DNA of 64,000 nucleotides from assembly GCA_037443035.1 (NCBI GenBank), contig JBBIPC010000006.1, positions 64,001 to 128,000 of the forward strand, written 5' to 3'. Of the stretch, positions 20,204-32,788 are shown in pieces. This stretch comes from Chthonomonadales bacterium. GTDB taxonomy: Bacteria; Armatimonadota; Chthonomonadetes; Chthonomonadales; CAJBBX01. Below the pieces are notes generated by a model. It saw nothing but the letters and a program-made list of their open reading frames with translations. It was not told the DNA's origin and did not search any database. Within the stretch, counting starts at the first letter, position 1. Each line of letters starts with the position of its first letter. The translations under genes and the position numbers were made by a program.

Positions 20204-20479
20204 CTAGGGAGCGTCCTGGAGGGCCCTGTGGGCACGACGCATGAGCCGTGATTTCCGCCGGGCGGCAGCGTTGCGATGGATGATCCCACGCTCAAGCGCC
20301 TTGTCAATGACGCTAACCGCCTGCCGGACGGCAGCCTGCACCTGTTCCGCTTCGTGGGTCTCCATGACCGCCTTCGCCTTCTTGATGTAGGTCTTGATGG
20401 CGGACTTGGTGGCGATATTCCGCAGCCGATTCTGGCGAGATTTCTTGACGTCCTTCTTTACAGACTTGATGTTGGGCAC
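20204..20479 (-). CDS. rpsT: 30S ribosomal protein S20
   Basis: PNIKSVKK...IDKA...GIIHRNAAARRKSRL; AGGAGG RBS. Confidence 0.97.
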   Translation of the reverse strand: MPNIKSVKKDVKKSRQNRLRNIATKSAIKTYIKKAKAVMETHEAEQVQAAVRQAVSVIDKALERGIIHRNAAARRKSRLMRRAHRALQDAP

Positions 20480-20542
20480 TGACAATACACCTCCTGCAAA
20501 CCGACGCAGTATACCCTTACATGCGAAGGGGGCGCAACCGCA

Positions 20543-21028
20543 CTACAGCTCCAGTTTGTCGAATCTCCCCGCCGTCGGATTCAGCGCCTCCCGCAGGGCA
20601 TTGTACGCTTCGTCCACGCGTGCCCGTATCTCTGTGACGATCTGCTGTTCCTCGGAACCCTCGGCACCGCCCAAGGACGAGCAGCGCTCGACCAGTTGCT
20701 GGTAGGCGAACTCCACCTCGGCAAGGCTCGCGCCGGGCTTCAGACCCAGAATGCGGTAAGACCGCGTAAGCGTCACATCAGTGGCGGTCTCCGCTTCCAG
20801 TTGAGACGTGTTCTGCACCGGTGTCGGCGGCGGGGTGGCCGAAGTCGCCGACGCAGGTGGCGCCGAAGCTGTACCCAGATGCTCCGCCAGCTCCTGTTCG
20901 GCAGCCGCCCGTGACTGGTACTCCAGCAAGCGGTCTTCCAGCATCTCGGCGTCAATGCGATCGAGGCGCTCCTTGATAGCACGCAGTTGAGAGAGTGCTA
21001 TGTTCCGGAGGCGACTGGACCAGCTCAC
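20543..21028 (-). CDS. J-domain-like protein lacking HPD
   Basis: YRILGLKPGASLAEVEFAYQQL...VDEAYNAL; ends GRFDKLEL. Confidence 0.7.
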   Translation of the reverse strand: MSWSSRLRNIALSQLRAIKERLDRIDAEMLEDRLLEYQSRAAAEQELAEHLGTASAPPASATSATPPPTPVQNTSQLEAETATDVTLTRSYRILGLKPGASLAEVEFAYQQLVERCSSLGGAEGSEEQQIVTEIRARVDEAYNALREALNPTAGRFDKLEL

Positions 21029-21876
21029 AGTGAACCTCCCGCCCCCGTCGTAACGGAGGCAGTCGACTCGGGAGCCAATGCTTCGGTAACGCTGGAGTCG
21101 AGCAGCTCGATCTCCGATCCCAGGCTGTCGAGCTCGCTTACCAATCCCTCACTGAACGAAGCCACGTTACCGATATCCACGGTCTTGAGGCGGATCACCT
21201 TCGCCTTCCAACTGGCGAAGGTCGCTTCGACGTTCTCGAGCTGGCTGTCGATGCGCCCCGATGCCTGCGCGATGGCACGATAGGTACCCAGCTCCGCTTC
21301 GCGGGCCTTCAAAGCCTGTTCGTACTGCTTTCTGGACACGGGGTCCGTCGTCGCAGCGATCCGTTGTCGCAGGTTCTCTGCATAGGCTTCCAAGGCCCGA
21401 TCGTCCACATGGTGCAAGTATCGCATGAGCTGCTGCTTGCGGGTCGCCAAACGAATGGCTTGCTGGACCAGCGTCGGAAGGCGCGACGCAATCCGCTCTA
21501 GTTCACCCCGAGCATACGGTTGGACGTCGTCAGCTCTCGCCTCCTGAGCTATTTCCTTCTGCAGTTGAATGATATATCGCAGGCGCTGACGCGTCTCGAA
21601 ATCCATGGCGGATAGACGTTCCTCGATCTCAGTGTCGGACAGTGCTTGCGCCGATTCCTCCTGATCCCGCAAGATGCGGCGGAGGTACCCTTCATCGTGA
21701 AGCCTTCGGTTCAGGAGGAATGCCTCGAGACCAACGGCACAGGCGATGGGTATCCAGCTCCACTGGAAGGCTGCCGACGCTACTACCGCTGCGACCCAGA
21801 TGGCCGCAGAAAGAGGGGAGAAGAGGACCCTCCGCGCAACATAGGCAAGCCGTCTTCCGGTCGAGACACTCGTCAT
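21025..21876 (-). CDS. PspA-associated protein with two N-terminal TM segments and a long coiled coil
   Basis: Hydrophobic N-terminal hairpin, then heptad-rich helical sequence; 4-nt overlap with downstream gene. Confidence 0.75.
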   Translation of the reverse strand: MTSVSTGRRLAYVARRVLFSPLSAAIWVAAVVASAAFQWSWIPIACAVGLEAFLLNRRLHDEGYLRRILRDQEESAQALSDTEIEERLSAMDFETRQRLRYIIQLQKEIAQEARADDVQPYARGELERIASRLPTLVQQAIRLATRKQQLMRYLHHVDDRALEAYAENLRQRIAATTDPVSRKQYEQALKAREAELGTYRAIAQASGRIDSQLENVEATFASWKAKVIRLKTVDIGNVASFSEGLVSELDSLGSEIELLDSSVTEALAPESTASVTTGAGGSL

Positions 21877-21892
21877 GCTCTTGATGTGAGCA

Positions 21893-22657
21893 CTATTGGC
21901 TCTGTAGCTTCTGTTCGAGCTCCCGGAGTTGCCGATCTACATCGTCCTCATCTGCCTGACCAGCCGCCTGTACTGGCTGTTGGGCTGACTGCGGGGCCAT
22001 TCCCAGCTTGGCCTCGAGTTCCGCCAGCATGCGGTCCGATTCGGCGTCGGCCTGCTGGTCCTCGAGCGCAGCAATCCGGTTCGCCATACTGGTGCTTGCG
22101 ACCTCGGCTCTGGCGGCTGCTTCCGATTGCATAGCGCGGATCTTCTCTTCTGCGCGGTCCCAGCTCTGCGACACATCGTCCATCTGCATGCCGTCCAACG
22201 CCTTGTTGATGGCGATCTGAATCTCGGCCTGTTTCATGTTGGCCTTGAGAGCTAGAGCCTCGGCCATCTTCTGGCGGACACGTTCCTCGTCTCGCTGAAT
22301 GGCGATCTTCACCGCTTGAGCGGTTTCTTCCGCCTGCTTGAGGGACACGCGCATCTGCTCGAGCGTGCGATCGTGAAGGGCCTTTTCTCGAAGGAGCGTG
22401 CGCGCAAGCTCACGGTTGCCCTGTTGTAGCGCCAGTGCGGCCTTGGCTTCCAGATTGCGAGAAGCCCGTTCCTCCTGCGCAACAAGACCCTGGAGATTGT
22501 TCTTCTGGGTGATGGCCTGAACCGCACGCTCGCGGTTCTTCACCTGCGTCTCTTTCATCTCCCGAATAGCTTCATCAATGATGACCTGGGGGTCCTCGAG
22601 TTCGTCGAGTTTCCCCATGATGAGCGCCCGGAGGTAACGGAAGAAGCGTCGTAACAT
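21893..22657 (-). CDS. pspA: PspA/IM30 (bacterial ESCRT-III) family protein
   Basis: Amphipathic MLRRFFRYLRA, LDELEDP, AALALQQGNRELAR, RAEEKIRAMQSEAAA, extra C-terminal helix DVDRQLRELE. Confidence 0.9.
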   Translation of the reverse strand: MLRRFFRYLRALIMGKLDELEDPQVIIDEAIREMKETQVKNRERAVQAITQKNNLQGLVAQEERASRNLEAKAALALQQGNRELARTLLREKALHDRTLEQMRVSLKQAEETAQAVKIAIQRDEERVRQKMAEALALKANMKQAEIQIAINKALDGMQMDDVSQSWDRAEEKIRAMQSEAAARAEVASTSMANRIAALEDQQADAESDRMLAELEAKLGMAPQSAQQPVQAAGQADEDDVDRQLRELEQKLQSQ

Positions 22658-22727
22658 GATCGTCCTCTGATTGTTTCCGGCCGGCGCAGAGCCTGCCGCA
22701 CGCGAATGTGCCGGAACAGTATCGACT

Positions 22728-22756
22728 ATTATCGCACGAACCTGGCTGGATGTCAA
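22728..22756 (-). promoter_or_regulatory. Sigma70-type promoter of the pspA operon
   Basis: TTGACA-17-GATAAT with extended TG, minus strand. Confidence 0.7.
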
Positions 22757-22762
22757 CAACGC

Positions 22763-23644
22763 TTACGGCCGTGGTAGCAGGCCGACTTCGCGGAGTCTGG
22801 CGAAGAGCACGCGTTGCTGCTGTGCGCTCGGCATGACGAGAGGAGGCCGTACAGAGATCCTGGCTATACCGCGCGCCTCGAGGACAGCCTTGGCCGCGCC
22901 CACGATGGGGCAGGAGTTCATGATGCCAATGGCGGCGTCGAGGCGCGCCTGGGACGCCGCTGGGTCTACGCCCTCCCGCACCGCCTTGGCCACTGCGACG
23001 ATGAGCTCGGGAAAGGCGTTGGCGGTTCCGGATATCACACCCGCTGCTCCAGCGCGGAGCATGTCGGCCAGGTAGAGGTCGTTGCCTACGAAGACCTTGA
23101 GGCTCGGATAGCGGTCTAACAGGGTCATTCCGGGGCCACGTTCGGGTGAGCTCTCCTTCACTCCGGCGAGATGCGGCATGCCTATAAGAAGTTTCAGGAT
23201 ACGAGGAGTAATGGGCACCGCCGAGAACTGAGGGATGCTGTAGAGGACCACCGGTACGGTGGACGATCGCACGACTGCACGGTAATACGCAGCTACTCCT
23301 TGCGGCGCAACGTTCTTGAAGTAGAAGGGTGGCAGTACGAGGACCGCTGCGACTGCGCATTTGCACGCATGACGTGTGAGTGCCAGTGCGTCGGGAAGGG
23401 CGCTCGCCCCCGTGGCGGCAATAACCTCCAGGCCATGAGCATGTTCCAGCACAGCCTCGAGAAGACGCTTCCGTTCTGCGACGGACAGAGATATCCCTTC
23501 GCCATTCGTCCCACCTACGACGAGACCATCCACGCCGGCCGCTCGCTGAAAATCCACGAGCGCCGGCACATCCCGAAGGCGTAACGATCCATCCCTGCCG
23601 AACGGCGTTACCAATGCTGTGTAAACGCCTCTCAGTGCTGCCAC
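22763..23644 (-). CDS. DapA/NanA-family class I aldolase or dehydratase
   Basis: ALVTPF, GGTNGEG, PPFYF, LYSIP, GVKES Schiff-base Lys; GTG overlaps upstream TAG. Confidence 0.88.
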   Translation of the reverse strand: MAALRGVYTALVTPFGRDGSLRLRDVPALVDFQRAAGVDGLVVGGTNGEGISLSVAERKRLLEAVLEHAHGLEVIAATGASALPDALALTRHACKCAVAAVLVLPPFYFKNVAPQGVAAYYRAVVRSSTVPVVLYSIPQFSAVPITPRILKLLIGMPHLAGVKESSPERGPGMTLLDRYPSLKVFVGNDLYLADMLRAGAAGVISGTANAFPELIVAVAKAVREGVDPAASQARLDAAIGIMNSCPIVGAAKAVLEARGIARISVRPPLVMPSAQQQRVLFARLREVGLLPRP

Positions 23645-26079
23645 TACCTTGCTCCTGTCTCCGTCGCAGTGCGCTTCATGAGCCATACTTCGCTGACCTG
23701 GGCGCCACGTCCTGTAAGTCGGTTCCAGCGCAGCACGAGAGTGCCGTCGGCTGTCGCCTGACGCGGGATGGGCCATTCTTTGATCGTCGGCGGAACTGTG
23801 GTCGGTTCCGGCCCGTGGACACGATACTTGTCGTCAGCCCACAGTTCGAGCGTGGGCCTGTACCTGCCCGAATAGGTAGCTCGGATCACGTACTGGGCTG
23901 TCGGATCCAACCCGGTGTACTTCAGCAGGATCGGCGCCCCGTAGAGCGACTCCGCGTAGTGGACCCACGACTGACGGTAAGCAGGTTGGGGTATGGCGAA
24001 ATCCGTTCTCGTGCTTTCCACATAGCCGGGATCCTGACGCCACGTCTTGAGGCGCAGGAGGTGCGGCTGCTTCGTCGGGTTGCCTAGGTCATCGTAGAAT
24101 CCGCCTGCACCGGGGTCCTCCCAGTGAACCACTGTACGAATAGCGTCGGCGACCGCACTCGGGCGACCAGTGTCCAGTGCGCGTTGTAAGGTGGCCCGTA
24201 TCCAATCCTGGTTGCAGAGTGGTACATCCAGGAAGTCCAGTACTGCCCCACGTTCACTTCCGGACGCACCCCAGCGTGGCACGGAGAGTTGGAGTCCGAT
24301 GCTCTCGAAAAGCTGCTGCCCCAACTCCAGCAGGCGGTTTCGGATCTCCGGTGCCGGTGTGCTCCGCTGCGCGGCATCGAGCCGCTCGAGGGCTTTTCGC
24401 GCCAAAGCGATTGGATCCGAGGATCCCGCCTCCAAGTCGCGAAGGAGGGCGGCCTCGTCGGCGGTCTCCGCCTCCAGCTTGACCTGGACATAACGGTCAT
24501 AGTAAGCACGCAGCAGCGCCATCTGGAAGCGCCAGTTGCTTCGGCTCAGTCTTGGGTGAGCACTCTCCAGCTTCCGCCAGAGGTCGAATGCTTGCCGAAT
24601 CGTCTTGCTTTGTAACACCGGTGCCAGCCAGTTCGCCTCGAGCAAGTAGATGCCGCGGTATGCCTCCTCCGCAGCCCTTTCGCCGAAGAAGTAGCGGACG
24701 TACTCCCGGACGACTTCGCGATCCGAGCGTCGGGGATCCCAGAGCATGGCGGACCAGATGACTTTGTTCAGATCGTCGGTCACTCCGTCGGAGTAGGTGA
24801 TGGCACCCACGGTCAGAGGCTGGTAGAGGCGCGCGATATGCGCATGATCGGATGGGCGATAGATGACAGGCTCCCTGCCCAGCGTCGCTGCGAAGGCCTG
24901 ATCCCAATCGCGGACTGGGTATTGACAACGCACGCAGTGGCAGATATCCGGATACTGGCGCACGGGATACTGCCGAGGCGCCCGGGCTCTCATGGAGGCG
25001 ATGGTCTCCTCAGCCCAGGGACCATGGACGATACCAGCGAGCCATCGTGGGCGTTGTGTCCTGAGATACTGGTAGAAGTAGCGGTTGTTATCCTCGAGAA
25101 ATCCCTGGTTCGAGAGCCAGAGTCCGGCCCTGGGGTGGTAGCGATGGAGAATGGCCGCGATTTCCTCGGCCAGTGGGAGCATGGTTCGGACCCAGGGCTT
25201 GCACAGGTCGCAGTTGCAGCCTCCTGGGTCGCCGCCTGGTATGAGGACGCCATTCAGATGCCGAATGCGGCGGAACAGCTCGCGACGCTGATCCAGAATG
25301 TAACGTCTCCCGTCCCGACGAGAGGGGCAGGGGACCGCGCCGGGCGTAAGCCCGTCGCCGCTAAGGTTGGCCGGCACTTTGTCGGCGAGGGGATACCACA
25401 ACCATACGTCGAGACCGTACGAAGCCATGAGATCGGCCAGTGCGCACGTGAATCGGAGGTTGGCTTCGTGCTCATAGGCGCTGTCGAACGGTATGAGCTC
25501 GATGGCGTTCGTGCCCCAGATGATCAGGTCGCGAATGTACTGCTCGTACTCCTTCAGGCCCCAGCGATCGTAGCTATTGGCGGTCGGTCGCCAGCCGAGC
25601 TGATGGCCGCGCATGGGCTTGGCGGGCGCTGTAACGATGTCCATGGGGGGCACCATTACGGGGCCGGTTCCCCAACGCAGCTCCCGGAGGACGCGTCCAG
25701 CCGCGAACATGCAGCCTCGCTGATCTCTGCCGATGGCAGTGATTGCCGTTCGCCCCTGTTGCTGCTCGATGCGCAGCCTGTATCCGTCTGCTACAAGGGA
25801 GTTGCCAACGAACTGCGGCGCTACCTTGGGGGGCATGCGAGTCAGCGATCCTAGGAGCACATACGACCCTGATGCGGGTACGGTCTGCTGGATGGTCCAC
25901 GTACCGCCCCGTTTGCCTGCTTCTTCCACGAGCATACGTGCGGCCAGACGCTCCACGGCTGTGGCATGACGCGACACGACGACCGTCATGCGCTGAGCCG
26001 CAAGCATCTTGGGCGATGGGAAGGCGGACAGCGGTGTAAGAGCCATGGTAAGGAGAAGGAACCATTGCCACGTTTTCAT
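23644..26079 (-). CDS. Secreted glycoside-hydrolase-like protein (GH20/GH67-type N-terminal domain)
   Basis: Signal peptide; ADGYRLRI...AIGRDQRGCMFAAGRVLR; RGHQLGWRP; catalytic family not assignable by eye. Confidence 0.7.
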   Translation of the reverse strand: MKTWQWFLLLTMALTPLSAFPSPKMLAAQRMTVVVSRHATAVERLAARMLVEEAGKRGGTWTIQQTVPASGSYVLLGSLTRMPPKVAPQFVGNSLVADGYRLRIEQQQGRTAITAIGRDQRGCMFAAGRVLRELRWGTGPVMVPPMDIVTAPAKPMRGHQLGWRPTANSYDRWGLKEYEQYIRDLIIWGTNAIELIPFDSAYEHEANLRFTCALADLMASYGLDVWLWYPLADKVPANLSGDGLTPGAVPCPSRRDGRRYILDQRRELFRRIRHLNGVLIPGGDPGGCNCDLCKPWVRTMLPLAEEIAAILHRYHPRAGLWLSNQGFLEDNNRYFYQYLRTQRPRWLAGIVHGPWAEETIASMRARAPRQYPVRQYPDICHCVRCQYPVRDWDQAFAATLGREPVIYRPSDHAHIARLYQPLTVGAITYSDGVTDDLNKVIWSAMLWDPRRSDREVVREYVRYFFGERAAEEAYRGIYLLEANWLAPVLQSKTIRQAFDLWRKLESAHPRLSRSNWRFQMALLRAYYDRYVQVKLEAETADEAALLRDLEAGSSDPIALARKALERLDAAQRSTPAPEIRNRLLELGQQLFESIGLQLSVPRWGASGSERGAVLDFLDVPLCNQDWIRATLQRALDTGRPSAVADAIRTVVHWEDPGAGGFYDDLGNPTKQPHLLRLKTWRQDPGYVESTRTDFAIPQPAYRQSWVHYAESLYGAPILLKYTGLDPTAQYVIRATYSGRYRPTLELWADDKYRVHGPEPTTVPPTIKEWPIPRQATADGTLVLRWNRLTGRGAQVSEVWLMKRTATETGAR

Positions 26080-26126
26080 AGCCATTCTCCAGCTGTCGGC
26101 AGCCGATCGAGGGCCGACAGACACAA

Positions 26127-26167
26127 TGCACCCTCCCCTCCGACATGGCCCTGGAGGAGAGGGTGCA
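26127..26167 (-). terminator. 15-bp hairpin after the DUF1559 gene (terminator or stabilising stem)
   Basis: Minus strand TGCACCCTCTCCTCC...GGAGGGGAGGGTGCA with one G-U pair, weak U tail. Confidence 0.55.
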
Positions 26168-26192
26168 GTTCACATGGGCAGGACTGCAGCGG

Positions 26193-26972
26193 TTAGATCT
26201 TTAGCTCGTTGCCCGGCATCCACTTGGCATGGCCGTCGCGATAAGATGTGTTGCGACCGTAGCTGTTCTGGTACTGCATGGAGCCAGTATGCACGGGGTG
26301 TTCCTCCAACCAGGCGAGGAGGTTCACCGGCGACATGTGGTAGAGGACACCGTCAATGGTGCGGTCGTACTCGACATCCCAGAACGACGGCGGAGGTGCA
26401 TCGTCACGGTTGCAGCTTGGGTCGCCGCCGTTGCGCTTGTAGAAGCGGTAGCTACCGTAGAAGTGGTCGTACTTCATCTGATCGCGCCATCGAATGCCGT
26501 CCGGAGGGGGTGCATCCTGAATGCCAGGGTCAATGGTCACGGCGCTCCCGTAGCCGGTGTCCGGCGGAGTCGGGTAGATCCAGGTGTGCACCTTCTTGAA
26601 CCGGTCGGAAGGGCAGTAGTACATCTCCTTGTTCTTGGTGTACGGGTTGAAGACGATGGCCAGCGCCTCGTTGTAGTTGTGGAGGCCCATGGCGCTAGGA
26701 GGAACGACGATCGTCTGCGCGTTGTCGGCGTAGACGGTGGTGTTGGGTCGGCCCCTGAACCAGAAGTTCATCTGGTCATAGTCCTGGGCGTACATCATGG
26801 CGGCCAGTGCCAGCTGCTTCAGATTGCTGATGCAGGAGATCTGGCGTGCCTTCTCGCGTGCTCGCGCGAACACAGGGAACAGGATCGCGGCGAGAATCGC
26901 GATGATGGCGATGACGACAAGCAGCTCGATGAGCGTGAACGCACGCTTGTCTCTGCTCACTCCACGACGCAT
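26193..26972 (-). CDS. Prepilin-type N-methylation / DUF1559-type protein
   Basis: [54 protein letters not shown]-terminal DGHAKW; strong RBS. Confidence 0.92.
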   Translation of the reverse strand: MRRGVSRDKRAFTLIELLVVIAIIAILAAILFPVFARAREKARQISCISNLKQLALAAMMYAQDYDQMNFWFRGRPNTTVYADNAQTIVVPPSAMGLHNYNEALAIVFNPYTKNKEMYYCPSDRFKKVHTWIYPTPPDTGYGSAVTIDPGIQDAPPPDGIRWRDQMKYDHFYGSYRFYKRNGGDPSCNRDDAPPPSFWDVEYDRTIDGVLYHMSPVNLLAWLEEHPVHTGSMQYQNSYGRNTSYRDGHAKWMPGNELKI

Positions 26973-27050
26973 AGTCTCCTCCCTCCTTCTCACTTAGGGC
27001 GGACCGCTGCGGTCCGACTGTATGGCTAACGCATGAGCGTTCTTCCTAGG

Positions 27051-27079
27051 AGTATAGGACGGCGTGCCAGACTTGTCAA
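27051..27079 (-). promoter_or_regulatory. Sigma70-type promoter for the DUF1559-GH-aldolase unit
   Basis: TTGACA-17-TATACT, minus strand. Confidence 0.75.
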
Positions 27080-27122
27080 GTAGAACTGCAGAATTCGTGT
27101 GACTCCAGGTGGCGATTGCACG

Positions 27123-27157
27123 CGCGGCCTCGCCTGAGAGTATCAGACGAGGCCGCG
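27123..27157 (-). terminator. Hairpin downstream of 5S rRNA
   Basis: CGCGGCCTCGTCTGA-TACTC-TCAGGCGAGGCCGCG, 15-bp stem, no U tract. Confidence 0.55.
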
Positions 27158-27166
27158 GAGGATAGA

Positions 27167-27285
<119 letters not shown>

Positions 27286-27375
27286 AGCATGGTGGGAGTG
27301 GAACAGGTGCGAGGCAGCGCCATGGCGTTGCTGGTTTGGAGGCACGGATGTTGGATCCGTGAGGAGTAGTAGTTG

Positions 27376-30307
<2,932 letters not shown>

Positions 30308-30434
30308 CCTACTTCTCACGGACACAACAAGTCGTGCCCCCAAATCAACAACGTCACCTGCCGCACCCCTTTGGGTAAGATGCGGCTGCCACGCACAACG
30401 TGCGTGGCCGAAGATGCGCTACCTTCTACACCTG

Positions 30435-30452
30435 TTCAGTTGTCAAAGAACC
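30435..30452 (-). promoter_or_regulatory. boxA-like antitermination element in the 23S leader
   Basis: GGTTCTTTGACAACTGAA on minus strand, between promoter and 23S. Confidence 0.7.
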
Positions 30453-30458
30453 GCTTCG

Positions 30459-31268
30459 CTAGCCGGGCAAGACAGTTGTCTGCTCTCGGCGCACGGCTTG
30501 ACATTCTAGCACCGCTGCTAGGACCATGTCAAGACTTCCACCAGCGATTCTACGAATCTTCGTGGGCGATTCGTTGCCCTCGGACCGCACCGATTCTCCT
30601 GAAGATGCCAGACGGCGCACTATGCGCTCGGCCAGAGCTCGGTGCAGCTCGTCCCGGTCGGGCACGTAACCAAGCTCTTGTTCCAGACTCGTCACATCAT
30701 ACCCGGCGAGCCCGCATGGAACGATCAGCCGAAACCACTGCCGCAGGTCTGCGACGTTCAGGGCGAACCCATGACTGGTAACCCAACGGCGCAGCTTTAT
30801 CCCGATGGCGGCGATCTTCCTATCTGCGATCCACACACCTGTATGCGGAGGGAAGCGGCAGGCGGCCAGACCCAGGGCGCAACACACGTCCAGTATGGCC
30901 CCCTCGAGTTGGCGGAGGTACCAGTGGACGTCGGTTCGTCGGAGACGGAGGTCCACGATCGGGTAGCCGACGATCTGGCCGGGGCCATGGAACGTCACGT
31001 CGCCCCCTCTATCCGTCTCGACAACGGTAACGCCCAGGCGATCGAGCACGTCGGGGCTGGCAAGGAGATGGCGCATATCGGCGGCACGTCCCAGGGTGAT
31101 GGTCGGCGGATGCTCGAGGAGCAGCAGCGTGTCGCCAATTTGGCCGTCGAGGCGCGCTCTCACCAGGCGTTCCTGCAACCGCCAGCTCTCTATATAAGGA
31201 ATAGGACCGAGTGCGAAGACGTCCACGGCGTACCTACCATCGGGTTGTCTCCTGCTCCGTACCCACAT
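30459..31268 (-). CDS. lipB: Lipoyl(octanoyl) transferase
   Basis: LLEHPPTITLG, TDRGGDVTFHGPGQIVGYP, RKIAAIG, SHGFALN, IVPCGL. Confidence 0.95.
   Translation of the reverse strand: MWVRSRRQPDGRYAVDVFALGPIPYIESWRLQERLVRARLDGQIGDTLLLLEHPPTITLGRAADMRHLLASPDVLDRLGVTVVETDRGGDVTFHGPGQIVGYPIVDLRLRRTDVHWYLRQLEGAILDVCCALGLAACRFPPHTGVWIADRKIAAIGIKLRRWVTSHGFALNVADLRQWFRLIVPCGLAGYDVTSLEQELGYVPDRDELHRALAERIVRRLASSGESVRSEGNESPTKIRRIAGGSLDMVLAAVLECQAVRREQTTVLPG
30503..30532 (-). promoter_or_regulatory. Promoter of the 23S-5S unit
   Basis: TTGACA-18-TAGAAT with extended TG, about 50 nt upstream of boxA. Confidence 0.7.
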
Positions 31269-31358
31269 CCGCGACAGGAAGCAGGGTGATGCCCTATGCT
31301 ACAATACCACCGGAGGCGGGGCCCTCCCGCCCAGTGCTCGAGGAAGGAGATCGCTCTG

Positions 31359-32777
31359 ATGCCCCATACGACCGATCACGACGCAGACATTGTCATCATA
31401 GGTTCTGGCCCGGGCGGCTATGTCGCAGCCATTCGTGCAGCCCAACTGGGCGGCAACGTTGTCTGCGTCGAGAAGGATCCGCAGGGGTGGGGCGGTGTCT
31501 GCCTCAACTGGGGTTGCATTCCTACTAAGACGCTTATTGCTAGTGCCGAGCGGCTACGCGCTGCCAAAGAGGCCGGCCGCGTGGGCGTGCAGGTCGGCGA
31601 CGTCAGCTACGACTTCGGCCAGATCATGGCGCGGAAGAACAAAGTGGTCCAGACACTGCGCGGAGGCGTTCAGTCGCTGCTGAAGTCGAACAAGGTGCGG
31701 CAGATTACGGGGATCGGGCGGATCGAGGACCGCAACGCCGTCGAGGTCACGATGGCCGATGGAAGCAAAGAGCTCGTACGTACTCGGAGCATTATCGTCG
31801 CGACTGGCAGCGAGCCAATCCTTCCGCCCATACCTGGTCTGGAAGGCGAGGGAATCTGGACGAGCAATGAGGCACTGACGGCTGAGAGCGTGCCAGGGCG
31901 TCTGCTGGTCATCGGTGCAGGGGCTGTTGGACTGGAGTTCGCATTCATCTTCAATGCTCTCGGGGCCAGTGTCACCGTGGTAGAAATGATGCCAGAAGTG
32001 CTGCCGCTGGCTGACGCCGATGTAGCCCGAGAACTCCGGAAGAGCCTGACGAAACAGGGGATTGCTTTCCACCTGGACAGCAAGGTCACGGCGGTCAAAC
32101 GCGTGCCAGATGGCCTGTCCGCGACCGTGGAGGGACCCAAAGGAGCCACGGAGATTGGCTGCGATGTCGTCCTGGTGGGTGTGGGCCGCCGACCGGTGAC
32201 GCGCGATACTGGTGTGGAAGCCGTGGGTGTCGAAGTCACGAGACAAGGAATAACGGTCAACGAGCGGATGGAAACGTCCGTGCCGGGAATCTATGCCATT
32301 GGTGATGTCACGGGGAAGTTCCAGCTTGCCCATGTTGCGTCTCACCAGGGCATCGTCGCGGCAGAGAACGCCATGGGACATCCTGCGACCATGAGCTACA
32401 GAGCCGTCCCATCGCCGGTCTTCACCGAGCCGGAGTTGGCAACCGTGGGCATGACGGAGAAGCAAGCGCGCGAGGCTGGCTACGATGTGGCCATCGGCAC
32501 GTTCCCCTTCAGGCCGCTGGGTAAGGCGATGGCCATGGACCAGCAAGAAGGTCTGGTCAAGGTTGTCGCGGAGAAAAAGTACGGAGAGGTCCTGGGCGTC
32601 CACATCGTGGGTCCGCACGCGTCGGATCTAGTCCACGAAGCAGTGGTGGCCATCGAGTTAGAGGCGACGGTGGACGAGCTGAAGAACCTGATCCACGGAC
32701 ATCCCACTTTGCCAGAGGCCATCATGGAAGCAGCGATGGACGTCCAGGGCATGTCCATCCACAAGATGCGGGGGTAG
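31359..32777 (+). CDS. lpdA: Dihydrolipoyl dehydrogenase
   Basis: GSGPGGY, GGVCLNWGCIPTK, GAGAVG, HGHPTLPE; AAGGAG RBS. Confidence 0.96.
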   Translation: MPHTTDHDADIVIIGSGPGGYVAAIRAAQLGGNVVCVEKDPQGWGGVCLNWGCIPTKTLIASAERLRAAKEAGRVGVQVGDVSYDFGQIMARKNKVVQTLRGGVQSLLKSNKVRQITGIGRIEDRNAVEVTMADGSKELVRTRSIIVATGSEPILPPIPGLEGEGIWTSNEALTAESVPGRLLVIGAGAVGLEFAFIFNALGASVTVVEMMPEVLPLADADVARELRKSLTKQGIAFHLDSKVTAVKRVPDGLSATVEGPKGATEIGCDVVLVGVGRRPVTRDTGVEAVGVEVTRQGITVNERMETSVPGIYAIGDVTGKFQLAHVASHQGIVAAENAMGHPATMSYRAVPSPVFTEPELATVGMTEKQAREAGYDVAIGTFPFRPLGKAMAMDQQEGLVKVVAEKKYGEVLGVHIVGPHASDLVHEAVVAIELEATVDELKNLIHGHPTLPEAIMEAAMDVQGMSIHKMRG

Positions 32778-32788
32778 GGTGTACGAGG

